From: Bacillota bacterium
Lineage (GTDB): Bacteria > Bacillota > Sulfobacillia > JAJYWN01 > JAJZPE01
Reading direction: 5' to 3'
DNA length: 64,000 nucleotides
Assembly: GCA_021811325.1 (NCBI GenBank)
Contig: JAJZPE010000002.1
Location: forward strand, 10,157-74,156
The translations under genes were made by a program, and so were the position numbers. The notes beneath the pieces were generated by a model, which worked only from the letters and a program-made list of their open reading frames with translations, had not been told where the DNA came from and made no database searches. This document shows, one piece after another, positions 37,843 through 45,584 of this stretch (the stretch's first letter is position 1; each line of letters starts with the position of its first letter).

Positions 37843-38625
37843 GTGCTTTTCGTCACCATCAAGCGACCCCTGCCGACGCGCTTCGTCCTGCTCCTCGCGG
37901 TCTTCTTGATCTTGCTGGCCGGGGCCCTGGGCATCGCCCTCTTCGGGGACCGCCTCGTCCTCGGCGGGAACCTCAGTTCGACGGAGAACGAGCGCGACAT
38001 CCCGGTGGCCGGCCGTCTTCAGCCGATGCGCAAGGTCGAGACCGCGCAGAAGGCGGTGGCCCTGACCTTCGACATCAGCTGGGGCGACAAGACGCCGCCC
38101 CTGATCCTCGATGTCCTTCGCGGGTATAACGTCAAGGGAACCTTCTTCCTCTCCGGGCCCTGGGTCAGCCGCCAGCCGGCCTTCGTCCAGGCGATCAAGG
38201 CCGACGGCCACCAGATCGAAAGCCACGGCCACGCCCATATCAACCTGAGCCAGTACCCCGCGGAGCGGATCGCCGACGAGATCCGCAAGGCCGACGCCGC
38301 CATCTCCCAGGTGTCCGGGGTCAAGGCCAAGTACATCCGGCCGCCCAACGGCGATTACAACGACACGGTCATCGAGACGGCCTCCGCCGCCGGCTATACC
38401 GTGATCACCTGGGGCACCGACTCCCTCGACTGGAAGAACCCGGGCGTCGAGGTCATCACCAAGCGGGTCCTCGACCGGGCCCACAACGGCGATGTCATCC
38501 TCCTCCACGCCAGCGACACCTGCAAGCAGACCCACCTCGCCCTGCCGGCCATCATCCAAGGGCTGCGCGACCGCGGCTTCACCCTCCTGACCCTCGACGA
38601 GTTGGTGGAGACGTCCAAGAAGTGA
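37843..38625 (+). CDS. pdaB: Polysaccharide deacetylase family sporulation protein (PdaB-like)
   Basis: It has an N-terminal membrane anchor. The NodB domain motifs are ALTFDISWGDK and HGHAHINLSQ...RPPNGDYN. The GTG at 37843 follows AAGGGGGGA; the track's TTG start at 37819 is an alternative. Confidence 0.72.
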   Translation: MLFVTIKRPLPTRFVLLLAVFLILLAGALGIALFGDRLVLGGNLSSTENERDIPVAGRLQPMRKVETAQKAVALTFDISWGDKTPPLILDVLRGYNVKGTFFLSGPWVSRQPAFVQAIKADGHQIESHGHAHINLSQYPAERIADEIRKADAAISQVSGVKAKYIRPPNGDYNDTVIETASAAGYTVITWGTDSLDWKNPGVEVITKRVLDRAHNGDVILLHASDTCKQTHLALPAIIQGLRDRGFTLLTLDELVETSKK

Positions 38626-38677
38626 GTCCGGCCGGGGAGCCGGCCACGAGCGGAGCTACCGACGGCGGAATCGGCAG

Positions 38678-38707
38678 AACGCCGGGAAAACCCGGCGTTC
38701 TTTTCTT
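38678..38707 (+). terminator. Rho-independent terminator after pdaB
   Basis: Hairpin GAACGCCGGG-aaaa-CCCGGCGTTC followed by TTTTCTT. Confidence 0.5.
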
Positions 38708-38763
38708 GCCTTTCGCCCGCTCTTCCCCTTCTCGGGCGTTCAGTTCGAGGTCCAGTCCACGCT

Positions 38764-41481
38764 TCAGCGGACATCCAGGTTCAGCAAGGCGTCGAGGGCA
38801 GCCCGGGCGGCCTCGATGGTCGACGCGTCGCCGGGGGGCAGGCCTCCGAGGGCATACAGGGCCCGCGCCACCGCGGCCGTGGGGTCGCGACCGGCGCCGG
38901 GCAGGCCGTAGGCGGCGATGAAGACGGCCAACGCACGCAGGTCCCCGGTCACCCGTTCGAGGCGGTCGCCGGCGACCGCCTCGGCGGCCGTGACCAGCCG
39001 GCCCCGCAAGACCTGTGAGTCCTCGCCCGGCAGGGCCGCCACCACCGCGGTGAGCCTGGCCTCCCCGTCGCGGGTCAGCCGTGCCCGGCCCCGTTCCAGG
39101 GTGTCCAGGGCGGCCGGGAGGAAGAGATGACGCTTGAGAGCGCCGATGATCCTCGCCTTCACGTCCATCTCCACCGCCTTCAGCCAGAGGAACGGCCGCA
39201 GGCCGGGGTCACCGGCCGTGCCCTCGGTCGACGCCACGGCCTCGGCCGTCCGCAGGGCCCTCCGGGCCTCGTCCGACAGCCGCCGGTAGCCGGGCAGGCT
39301 CTGGGCGAGCCGGCGCTCTTCCTCGCTGACGACGAAGCCGACGGTGACCTCCGTTCCCAGCCCGATCGCCGTCGCCAGGGTCCCGCCGTGTCCGGCCGCC
39401 ACCTGCTTCGCCAACCCGATGGCCAGCCCGCTGAAGGACGTCGGCATGGGACTCTCGAGCCTCAGTTCGGCCACGGCTTCGTCGGCCTTGTAGGCCAGGC
39501 CCACCCGGACCTCTCCGCCCCGCCCGCCCGCCCGGACGGCCTCTTCGGCCAGGGCGGCCACGGCCGCGACGACCCGCCCGCGCTCCAGGTTCAGCCGAGG
39601 GAGACCGGTCGCGGGTAGGAACACGAGGCCGGCTCCGGTCCCGCGGGCCACCGCCTCGACCTCCGCCACCGCCGTCGAGACGGCCTCGTTCAGGTCGCCG
39701 TAAGCGAAGGTGGGCGCCCCGTTGCGGCCGAGATAGGTGAGCATCGCCAGGAGCCTCCTCCGGGCTGAACCGGCTGCCCTGGCCGCGTCTTCCGGCCCGC
39801 CGCGGCCGCCGGCCGGGGCTTGCCGGAGACCGGCGACCACCGTTCCCACGGCCTCCTCGAACCCAGGGGTCTCGGCCAGCACCAGCCCGACCAGGTCGCC
39901 GGCGACGCGGGCGGTCAGCGTCTCCTCCGCCGCCCGCATGGCCGCGGCGAAGGCCCGCCCCGGCCGCGGCGATGACAGGACTGCCGCTACCTCACTGGCC
40001 AGCCCATCAAGGTCGGCGGCCCCGGCCCGGGGTATCCCGTCGCCGGTGGCTGCGGCCGCCCGATGAGACGAGGACTCCGGCCTGGCGGTCGGCAGGACCA
40101 TCCTCACCACCCATCGTTCGGCGGCCCCGCCGCCGTCGGCCACCTCGTCCTTCCCCCCAGGCGCCCAGAAGACGTCCCCGCCCAGAGCCCGAAGGAGCCT
40201 GCGCGGCGCCCTGAAAGAGCGGGCCGGACCGACCGGGATTCCCGCGCCCGGCCCGGACAGGGCCGGATGGAAGGCGGCCGTCTCGCTTTCGGCTTCCGGG
40301 CCGATGGTCAGGGCGGCCCACTGGCCGACGGCCTCCGGCCTGATCACGAGCCGGCTCTCACCGGCCACCCCGGATGCTTCAGCCAGAAGCCACCGGAGAG
40401 CGGTGGCGGCCGCCCACGGGTCGGTCCAGACGGGCACCGGCTCCCCCGGCTCCACGGCGACGCCGGCACCGACCGCCGCAGCCGCCTCCGAAGCCACCGC
40501 CCGGAGGTCGGCCGGCGCGCCACCCGGCGGGGCGTGCGGCCGCACCGTCTCGGCCAGGCGCCTCACGGCGCCCCGCAGGGCCGTGCCCAGCCCGGCCTGG
40601 GCCGCCAGGTCGACCCAGTTGACCGACCCTTGGCGGGCGGCTTCTTCCACGCGCAGGCAGGCGTCGCCGAGGGCCCGCAGGGCCCCTTCGACGGCGCCCG
40701 CGCCCTCGACGGCCTCTTCGTGGGCCAGCCTCAACCGCTGGGCAGCGGCCCCGCGGGCCAAGTCGACCAGACCCTCCGGGACGGCCGCGGCAGACGGCCC
40801 GCCGGCCCCGGCAAGCCGGTCGATGGTCGCCGCCACGACGCCGTCCGGGTCCTCGGCGGGGACAACTTCCAGGAGGGCCGCCAGGATCTCGCCGGCCGCG
40901 CCGGGCGAACCCCATCCCAGTGCCCGCTCGAGCGCTTCAGTCGCCTCCTCGAACCGCCTTCCCTGGACCAGCAGCAGGGCGACGGCGGCCGGACCGGCCT
41001 CCCGATCACCCTCGAGGGTCAGGGCGACGGCCTCCTCCAGGTGCCCGGCCCGCAGGGCGCAGGCCGTCTCCAACCCCCTCGCCGCGCCGCGGAAACCTTC
41101 CGTGGCCGCCAGGACCGCGGCGAACTGCCGGGCCACCGGCTCCGCCCCGCGCCCGAGGAGTTCATGGCCCTTGCTCTCCAGGACCTCCGGGCGCAGCAGG
41201 CCGAGAAGCATGCCACCTTCGCCCTGGCGGGCCTTGGCCGGCAACGCCGCGAAGGCCTCGGCCACCCGGGCCGAAGCCGTGGCGACGGCCCGCTTGACCG
41301 GCTTCTCACAGGCCGGGTCGGAGCACGCCCGGAGCACCGTCTGCAGGCCGGAGGGCCCGCGCTGCAACAGCCGGACGACGGTTTCTTCGAGGGCTTGTCC
41401 ATCCTTGGTCGTCAAATCGAAGGCCAGTTCCGAAAGGGTGACTGGCAAGCCTTCCCCCACCTTCCCCGAGCGCTTCGTCAC
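38764..41481 (-). CDS. Large (905 aa) Ala/Gly/Arg-rich cytoplasmic protein with two degenerate histidine-kinase-like ATPase domains
   Basis: The ORF is continuous with GC3-rich codon usage. No TM segment is present. There are two HATPase_c-like blocks. The first is ...ALRWLLAEASGVAGESRLVIRPEAVGQWAALTIGPE...GAGIPVGP...LGGDVFW. The second is ...AALAEEAVRAGGRGGEVRVGLAYKADEAVAELRLESP...SGLAIGLAKQVAAGHGGTLATAIGLGTEVTVGFVV. No HisKA/H-box was recognised. Confidence 0.6.
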   Translation of the reverse strand: MTKRSGKVGEGLPVTLSELAFDLTTKDGQALEETVVRLLQRGPSGLQTVLRACSDPACEKPVKRAVATASARVAEAFAALPAKARQGEGGMLLGLLRPEVLESKGHELLGRGAEPVARQFAAVLAATEGFRGAARGLETACALRAGHLEEAVALTLEGDREAGPAAVALLLVQGRRFEEATEALERALGWGSPGAAGEILAALLEVVPAEDPDGVVAATIDRLAGAGGPSAAAVPEGLVDLARGAAAQRLRLAHEEAVEGAGAVEGALRALGDACLRVEEAARQGSVNWVDLAAQAGLGTALRGAVRRLAETVRPHAPPGGAPADLRAVASEAAAAVGAGVAVEPGEPVPVWTDPWAAATALRWLLAEASGVAGESRLVIRPEAVGQWAALTIGPEAESETAAFHPALSGPGAGIPVGPARSFRAPRRLLRALGGDVFWAPGGKDEVADGGGAAERWVVRMVLPTARPESSSHRAAAATGDGIPRAGAADLDGLASEVAAVLSSPRPGRAFAAAMRAAEETLTARVAGDLVGLVLAETPGFEEAVGTVVAGLRQAPAGGRGGPEDAARAAGSARRRLLAMLTYLGRNGAPTFAYGDLNEAVSTAVAEVEAVARGTGAGLVFLPATGLPRLNLERGRVVAAVAALAEEAVRAGGRGGEVRVGLAYKADEAVAELRLESPMPTSFSGLAIGLAKQVAAGHGGTLATAIGLGTEVTVGFVVSEEERRLAQSLPGYRRLSDEARRALRTAEAVASTEGTAGDPGLRPFLWLKAVEMDVKARIIGALKRHLFLPAALDTLERGRARLTRDGEARLTAVVAALPGEDSQVLRGRLVTAAEAVAGDRLERVTGDLRALAVFIAAYGLPGAGRDPTAAVARALYALGGLPPGDASTIEAARAALDALLNLDVR

Positions 41482-41525
41482 CCGGCTCTATTCCCTGGCC
41501 GGTCCTGGAAACCCTGCCGGCGGTT

Positions 41526-42728
41526 TCACCCGAGGCCGAGTCCCGCCAGCCACCTCAGGAGCGGCAGGAAGCCTCGCAGGAAAAGGCGTAGAGGCGTACG
41601 GCGCGGGTTCTCGTCCCGGGCCACCAGCGGATAGGCCTCGCGGATCTCCTGGTCGACATAGACCCTGACCTCGCCGACAGGCTCGCCGGCATCCACCGGC
41701 GCCCGCAACGTCTCCGGCAGGTCCCACTCCACGCGGGACCGCGCCATCTCCTCGTCGTTCAGCGCCGCGGCGTAGTTCCCGGCCGCGACCACCACCGTGC
41801 GCGGGCTCAGCCCGCCCAGGACCCGAACGGTCCGCACGACCTCCCCCGCCGCGGCCAGTCGCACCAGGCGGTGGTGGTCGAAGCCATAGCTCAGCAGCCT
41901 GGCGGCGTCGCCCCACCGGTCGGAGCTATGCAGGACGACGGCGATGAGCTTCTCGTCACCCCGTGTGGCCGAGGCCACCAGGCACTTCCCGGCCGCCGAA
42001 GTGGTCCCGGTCTTGACCCCGTCGGCCCCCTCGAAGCTCCACAGGAGGCGGTTCGTGTTCCGCAGGGTGACCTGTCTCTCCTCCTCCGGCGTGACGAAGA
42101 GCTTCTCCCGGGTGGCCACGATGTCGGCGAAGACCGGGTTGCTGAGGGCCGCCCGGGCGATCAGGGCCAGGTCGTAAGCGGTCGAGTAGTGCCCGAGGGC
42201 GGTCAACCCGTGCGGGTTGCGGAACTGCGTGTTGTAGGCGCCCAGGGCCCGCGCCCGGGCGTTCATGGCGGCCACGAAGGCCGCCTCGCTCCCGGCGATA
42301 TGCTCGGCGGCGGCCACGGAGGCGTCGTTCCCCGACCGCATGAGGATGCCGTAGAGGATGCGCTCGAGGCTCAGCCGCTCACCGGCCCGGAGGGGCATGG
42401 ACGAGCCTGGCGTGGCGGCCGCCCGCCGGGACACGCTGACCACGTCGGAGAGGTTCCCCCGTTCCAGGATCAAGAGGCCGGTCATGATCTTGGTCGTGCT
42501 GGCCATCGGTCGCGGGCGCCCGGCTTCCTTGGCGTACAGCATGCGTCCGGTGTTCCAGTCAATGAGCACCGCCGAATCGGCGCTGATGTAAAGCTTGCGG
42601 TCGACCGACCCGCCCGAGGCACCCCAGGCGAGGGCGCTCGACCCGCCCAGCAGAAAGGTCAGGAGAGCGGCCGCGACCAACCAGGCCATCCGCCGGCGCC
42701 GGGTCCGCGGCCCCCGTGGACGGGCCAT
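41526..42728 (-). CDS. dac: D-alanyl-D-alanine carboxypeptidase (low-MW PBP, DacB/DacF-like)
   Basis: It has a signal/TM N-terminus. The active-site motifs are SMASTTKIMT (SxxK), SGND (SxN) and KTGTT (KTG). GGGGGAGGG lies upstream of the ATG. Confidence 0.85.
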   Translation of the reverse strand: MARPRGPRTRRRRMAWLVAAALLTFLLGGSSALAWGASGGSVDRKLYISADSAVLIDWNTGRMLYAKEAGRPRPMASTTKIMTGLLILERGNLSDVVSVSRRAAATPGSSMPLRAGERLSLERILYGILMRSGNDASVAAAEHIAGSEAAFVAAMNARARALGAYNTQFRNPHGLTALGHYSTAYDLALIARAALSNPVFADIVATREKLFVTPEEERQVTLRNTNRLLWSFEGADGVKTGTTSAAGKCLVASATRGDEKLIAVVLHSSDRWGDAARLLSYGFDHHRLVRLAAAGEVVRTVRVLGGLSPRTVVVAAGNYAAALNDEEMARSRVEWDLPETLRAPVDAGEPVGEVRVYVDQEIREAYPLVARDENPRRTPLRLFLRGFLPLLRWLAGLGLG

Positions 42729-42949
42729 ACCATGCCCTCCCCCGTCCGAGTCCTTGGCAAGATTCTATGGCCCCGCCGCGAGCTTTAGTCGACGGGGCGC
42801 GCCCGCGCCGCGGGTCCACCGGCGTGGCCTCGGTCCTTGTCCGCGCGGCCCTTGGCCCACCACCCGCAAAGATAAGAAGGGCCCGCCGGTAGCGCCGGCG
42901 GACCCATTCCTGGCCGCTTTCCTTTCCCTCTCCGGCTCAGGCCGGCGGT

Positions 42950-43921
42950 TCAGCCCTTGACGTGGAACTCCAGGGTCTTTGGCGGCTGCTCGACGGGGCC
43001 GGTGTCGACCGGCGCCGAGTTGACCTTCAGCCGCACCCCGCCGGGGTTGCCGAAGCGGATCACGAACTTGCCCTTGGCCGTCCACTTCATCTGCTTCCCG
43101 GCCTCGAGGACTTCTTCATAGACGACGGTGCCGTCGGCCACGGCCCGGACCCAGCAACGTTCGACGATATCGAGGTCGACCGTCAGGTCCTTGGCGTTCA
43201 GGACGTAGCGTGTGGTCTCCTTGTCGACCACGGTGGTCTGGACGACCATCTTGGCGAAGTCAGGCGTTGTCGTCGGGCCGGACGAGCCGGATGTCCCGGA
43301 CCTCCCCGACGTACCGGTCCCCGTCCCCGGGCCGGTCTGCGTCGAACCGCCGGTCGTCCCGCCCGGCGTAGTCGACGATGGACCGCCGGTACCGCCCTGG
43401 CCGCCGGCGGTCTGGCCGGCCTCTCCGGAGCCGGGCCCGACCGGCGCTTTGTGGCCGCGGGCGTAGGCCAGGCCAAGGAGGCCGACGGCGACGATCAGGA
43501 AGGCCGCGACGACGAGGAACGGGAAGCGGCGGCCGGCCCGTCGGTTGACCTGCCCGGCTTCTTTACGACTGACCGCCTCGCCGGCCTCGCGCAACAGAGG
43601 CCGCGGCCGCTCCGGAGGCGCCTTGCCCGGCTCCCCGGCCGGTGCGTTGGCAGTCGGCGCCGGCGTGACCGCCTTCAGCTCCTTGTACCTCGCCACCAGA
43701 GCCGGGCCGTCCAGCCCGAGGTAGTTGGCGTAGAAGCGGAGGAAGCCCTTGAAATAGGCCACACCCGGAGTGCCGGCGTCATCGCCTCTCTCCAGGGCCT
43801 CAAGGTACTTCGTCCTGATCTTCGTGTCCATCTGGGCCTGGGCCATAGCCACGCCCTTGGCCTCGCGGGTCCCGCGGAGCAGTTCGCCGATGGCCCTCAG
43901 GCTGGACGGGCCCTCTCCCAT
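42950..43921 (-). CDS. rodZ: RodZ-like cytoskeleton protein (HTH-XRE + TM + DUF4115)
   Basis: It has an HTH (LGELLRGTREAKGVAMAQAQMDTKIRTKYLEALERGD) and a TM (FPFLVVAAFLIVAVGLLGLAY). A G/T/S-rich low-complexity linker follows. The C-terminal DUF4115-like block is CWVRAVADGTVVYEEVLEAG...GNPGGVRLKVNSAPV. The start was chosen at the internal ATG (MGEGPSSL). Confidence 0.68.
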   Translation of the reverse strand: MGEGPSSLRAIGELLRGTREAKGVAMAQAQMDTKIRTKYLEALERGDDAGTPGVAYFKGFLRFYANYLGLDGPALVARYKELKAVTPAPTANAPAGEPGKAPPERPRPLLREAGEAVSRKEAGQVNRRAGRRFPFLVVAAFLIVAVGLLGLAYARGHKAPVGPGSGEAGQTAGGQGGTGGPSSTTPGGTTGGSTQTGPGTGTGTSGRSGTSGSSGPTTTPDFAKMVVQTTVVDKETTRYVLNAKDLTVDLDIVERCWVRAVADGTVVYEEVLEAGKQMKWTAKGKFVIRFGNPGGVRLKVNSAPVDTGPVEQPPKTLEFHVKG

Positions 43922-44029
43922 ACCCCGTTGTCCCTTATCCTCGGCCTCTTCCACGGCCATCCTTCCCTCCCAGTCCCTGGAACCGTTCGACATCCGTGCC
44001 CTGAAGTCCTCCGCGCAACGCCCCGCCTT

Positions 44030-45322
44030 TCACGGCGTCAGCCGGTTCAGCAGGCGGGCAAAGGGGATAGTCTCTCTGACGTGTTCGAGGCCGCAGATCC
44101 AGGCCACCGTGCGCTCGATGCCGATGCCGAAGCCGGAGTGCGGCACGCTCCCATACCGCCGCAAATCGAGGTACCACTGGTAGGCCTCGGCGGGCAGGTT
44201 CTCCTCGCGCAGCCGCCGTTCGAGGAGGGCCGGGTCGTCGATGCGCTGCGAACCCCCGATGATCTCGCCGTAGCCCTCCGAAGCCAACAGGTCGGCCGCC
44301 AGGACGACCTCCGGTCGCTGCGGGTCGGGCTGCATGTAGAAGGCCTTCATCTTGGCCGGGAAGTGGGTGACGAAAACCGGCCGGTCGAACTGCTGCGAGA
44401 CGATGGTCTCATCGGGCGCGCCAAAGTCCTCGCCCCAGGGGATGTCACGGCCGGCGGCCCGGAGCCGATCGAGGGCCTCGTCGTAGGTTATCCGCGGGAA
44501 AGGCGCCTGGACCTTGGCCAGCGGGGCGGGGTCGCGGCCGATGACCTCGAGCTCGTGGCGGTTCCGCTCGAGGACCCTGGCGACCACGTCGCTGACCATG
44601 TCCTCCTGCAGGCGGACGTTGTCCTCGTAGGTGAAGAAGGCGGCCTCCGGTTCGAGCATCCAGAACTCGATCAGGTGGCGACGCGTCTTCGATTTCTCGG
44701 CCCGGAAGGTCGGGCCGTAGCAATAGACCCGGCCGAAGGCGGCGGCCGTGGCCTCGTTGTACAGCTGGCCGCTCTGGCTCAGGTAGGCCTTGGTCTCGAA
44801 GTAAGTCGTCTCGAACAGGGTCGTCGTGCCCTCGCAGGCGTTGGGGGTCAGGATGGGGGCGTCGACACGGATGAACCCGCGCTCGTTCAGGAAGTCCTCC
44901 ATGGCCCGGATGACCTCGGCGCGGACACGGAGGATGGCGTTCTGGCGCGGGGTCCTGATCCACAGGTGACGCTTGTCCATCAGGAACTCGACGCCATGCT
45001 CCTTGTGGGTGATCGGGTAGTCCTGGGCCACCTGGACGACGTCGAGCCCCTTGACCGTGAGCTCGAAACCGCTCGGGGCGCGCCGTTCCTCGCGCACCAG
45101 GCCCCGGACGACGAGGGAGGACTCCTGGGTCAGCCGGTCGCAGGTGGAGAAGGCCTCCGGGCCCACCTCGCCCTCGGAGACCACGGCCTGCACGAAGCCC
45201 GTGCCGTCGCGGAGGATGAGGAACTGTATCTTGCCGCTCGACCGGCGGTTGTAGACCCAACCGTGGATCTCGACCTCCTGCCCGGCATGGCGCGACAGGT
45301 CGCTGATGGTCGTCACCGTCAA
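44030..45322 (-). CDS. asnS: Asparagine--tRNA ligase
   Basis: ...[33 protein letters not shown]... Class II motifs are present ([21 protein letters not shown]; GGSQRIDD). The likely TTG start (MTVTTISDL) lies 9 nt after AGGAGG. The 19 upstream codons of the track ORF are probably leader. Confidence 0.93.
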   Translation of the reverse strand: MTVTTISDLSRHAGQEVEIHGWVYNRRSSGKIQFLILRDGTGFVQAVVSEGEVGPEAFSTCDRLTQESSLVVRGLVREERRAPSGFELTVKGLDVVQVAQDYPITHKEHGVEFLMDKRHLWIRTPRQNAILRVRAEVIRAMEDFLNERGFIRVDAPILTPNACEGTTTLFETTYFETKAYLSQSGQLYNEATAAAFGRVYCYGPTFRAEKSKTRRHLIEFWMLEPEAAFFTYEDNVRLQEDMVSDVVARVLERNRHELEVIGRDPAPLAKVQAPFPRITYDEALDRLRAAGRDIPWGEDFGAPDETIVSQQFDRPVFVTHFPAKMKAFYMQPDPQRPEVVLAADLLASEGYGEIIGGSQRIDDPALLERRLREENLPAEAYQWYLDLRRYGSVPHSGFGIGIERTVAWICGLEHVRETIPFARLLNRLTP

Positions 45323-45504
45323 CCCACAAGACCTCCTGCTCTGCCTAGTATGCTCCGAGGCGGCGCCGCCTTGTCTCAAGGGTTTCCCGCGGGCCTCGCG
45401 ACCGCCACACGCTCTCTGTTATGCCCAACAGCCCGGTTTTCCTTCTTTTTTCCGCGCCCGGCGGCCCGGAATGTGAGGGATGATGGGGGGTCCCGATGAA
45501 AAGA

Positions 45505-45533
45505 CCCCGGGGGCCGTCCGCCCCCGGGGTCCG
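45505..45533 (-). terminator. Rho-independent terminator downstream of the UPF0182 gene
   Basis: On the minus strand: perfect 12-bp stem GACCCCGGGGGC-ggacg-GCCCCCGGGGTC followed by TTTTCATC. Confidence 0.6.
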
Positions 45534-45584
45534 ACTTTGATCGCGCGGATGGCTGCGGGACGCGCCGTCGCGCCCCGCGAACGC

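Noticed and set aside
40063-41668. Plus-strand ORFs of 523 aa and 454 aa
   Set aside because: They are antisense to the 905-aa protein gene and consist of Arg/Pro/Gly low-complexity sequence. The minus-strand frame is preferred because it is GC3-rich.
45323-45504. Possible T-box leader upstream of asnS
   Set aside because: The leader is only ~180 nt. No convincing T-box consensus (AGGGTGGNACCGCG) or specifier/antiterminator arrangement was found. The only strong hairpin is better explained as the terminator of the upstream UPF0182 gene.
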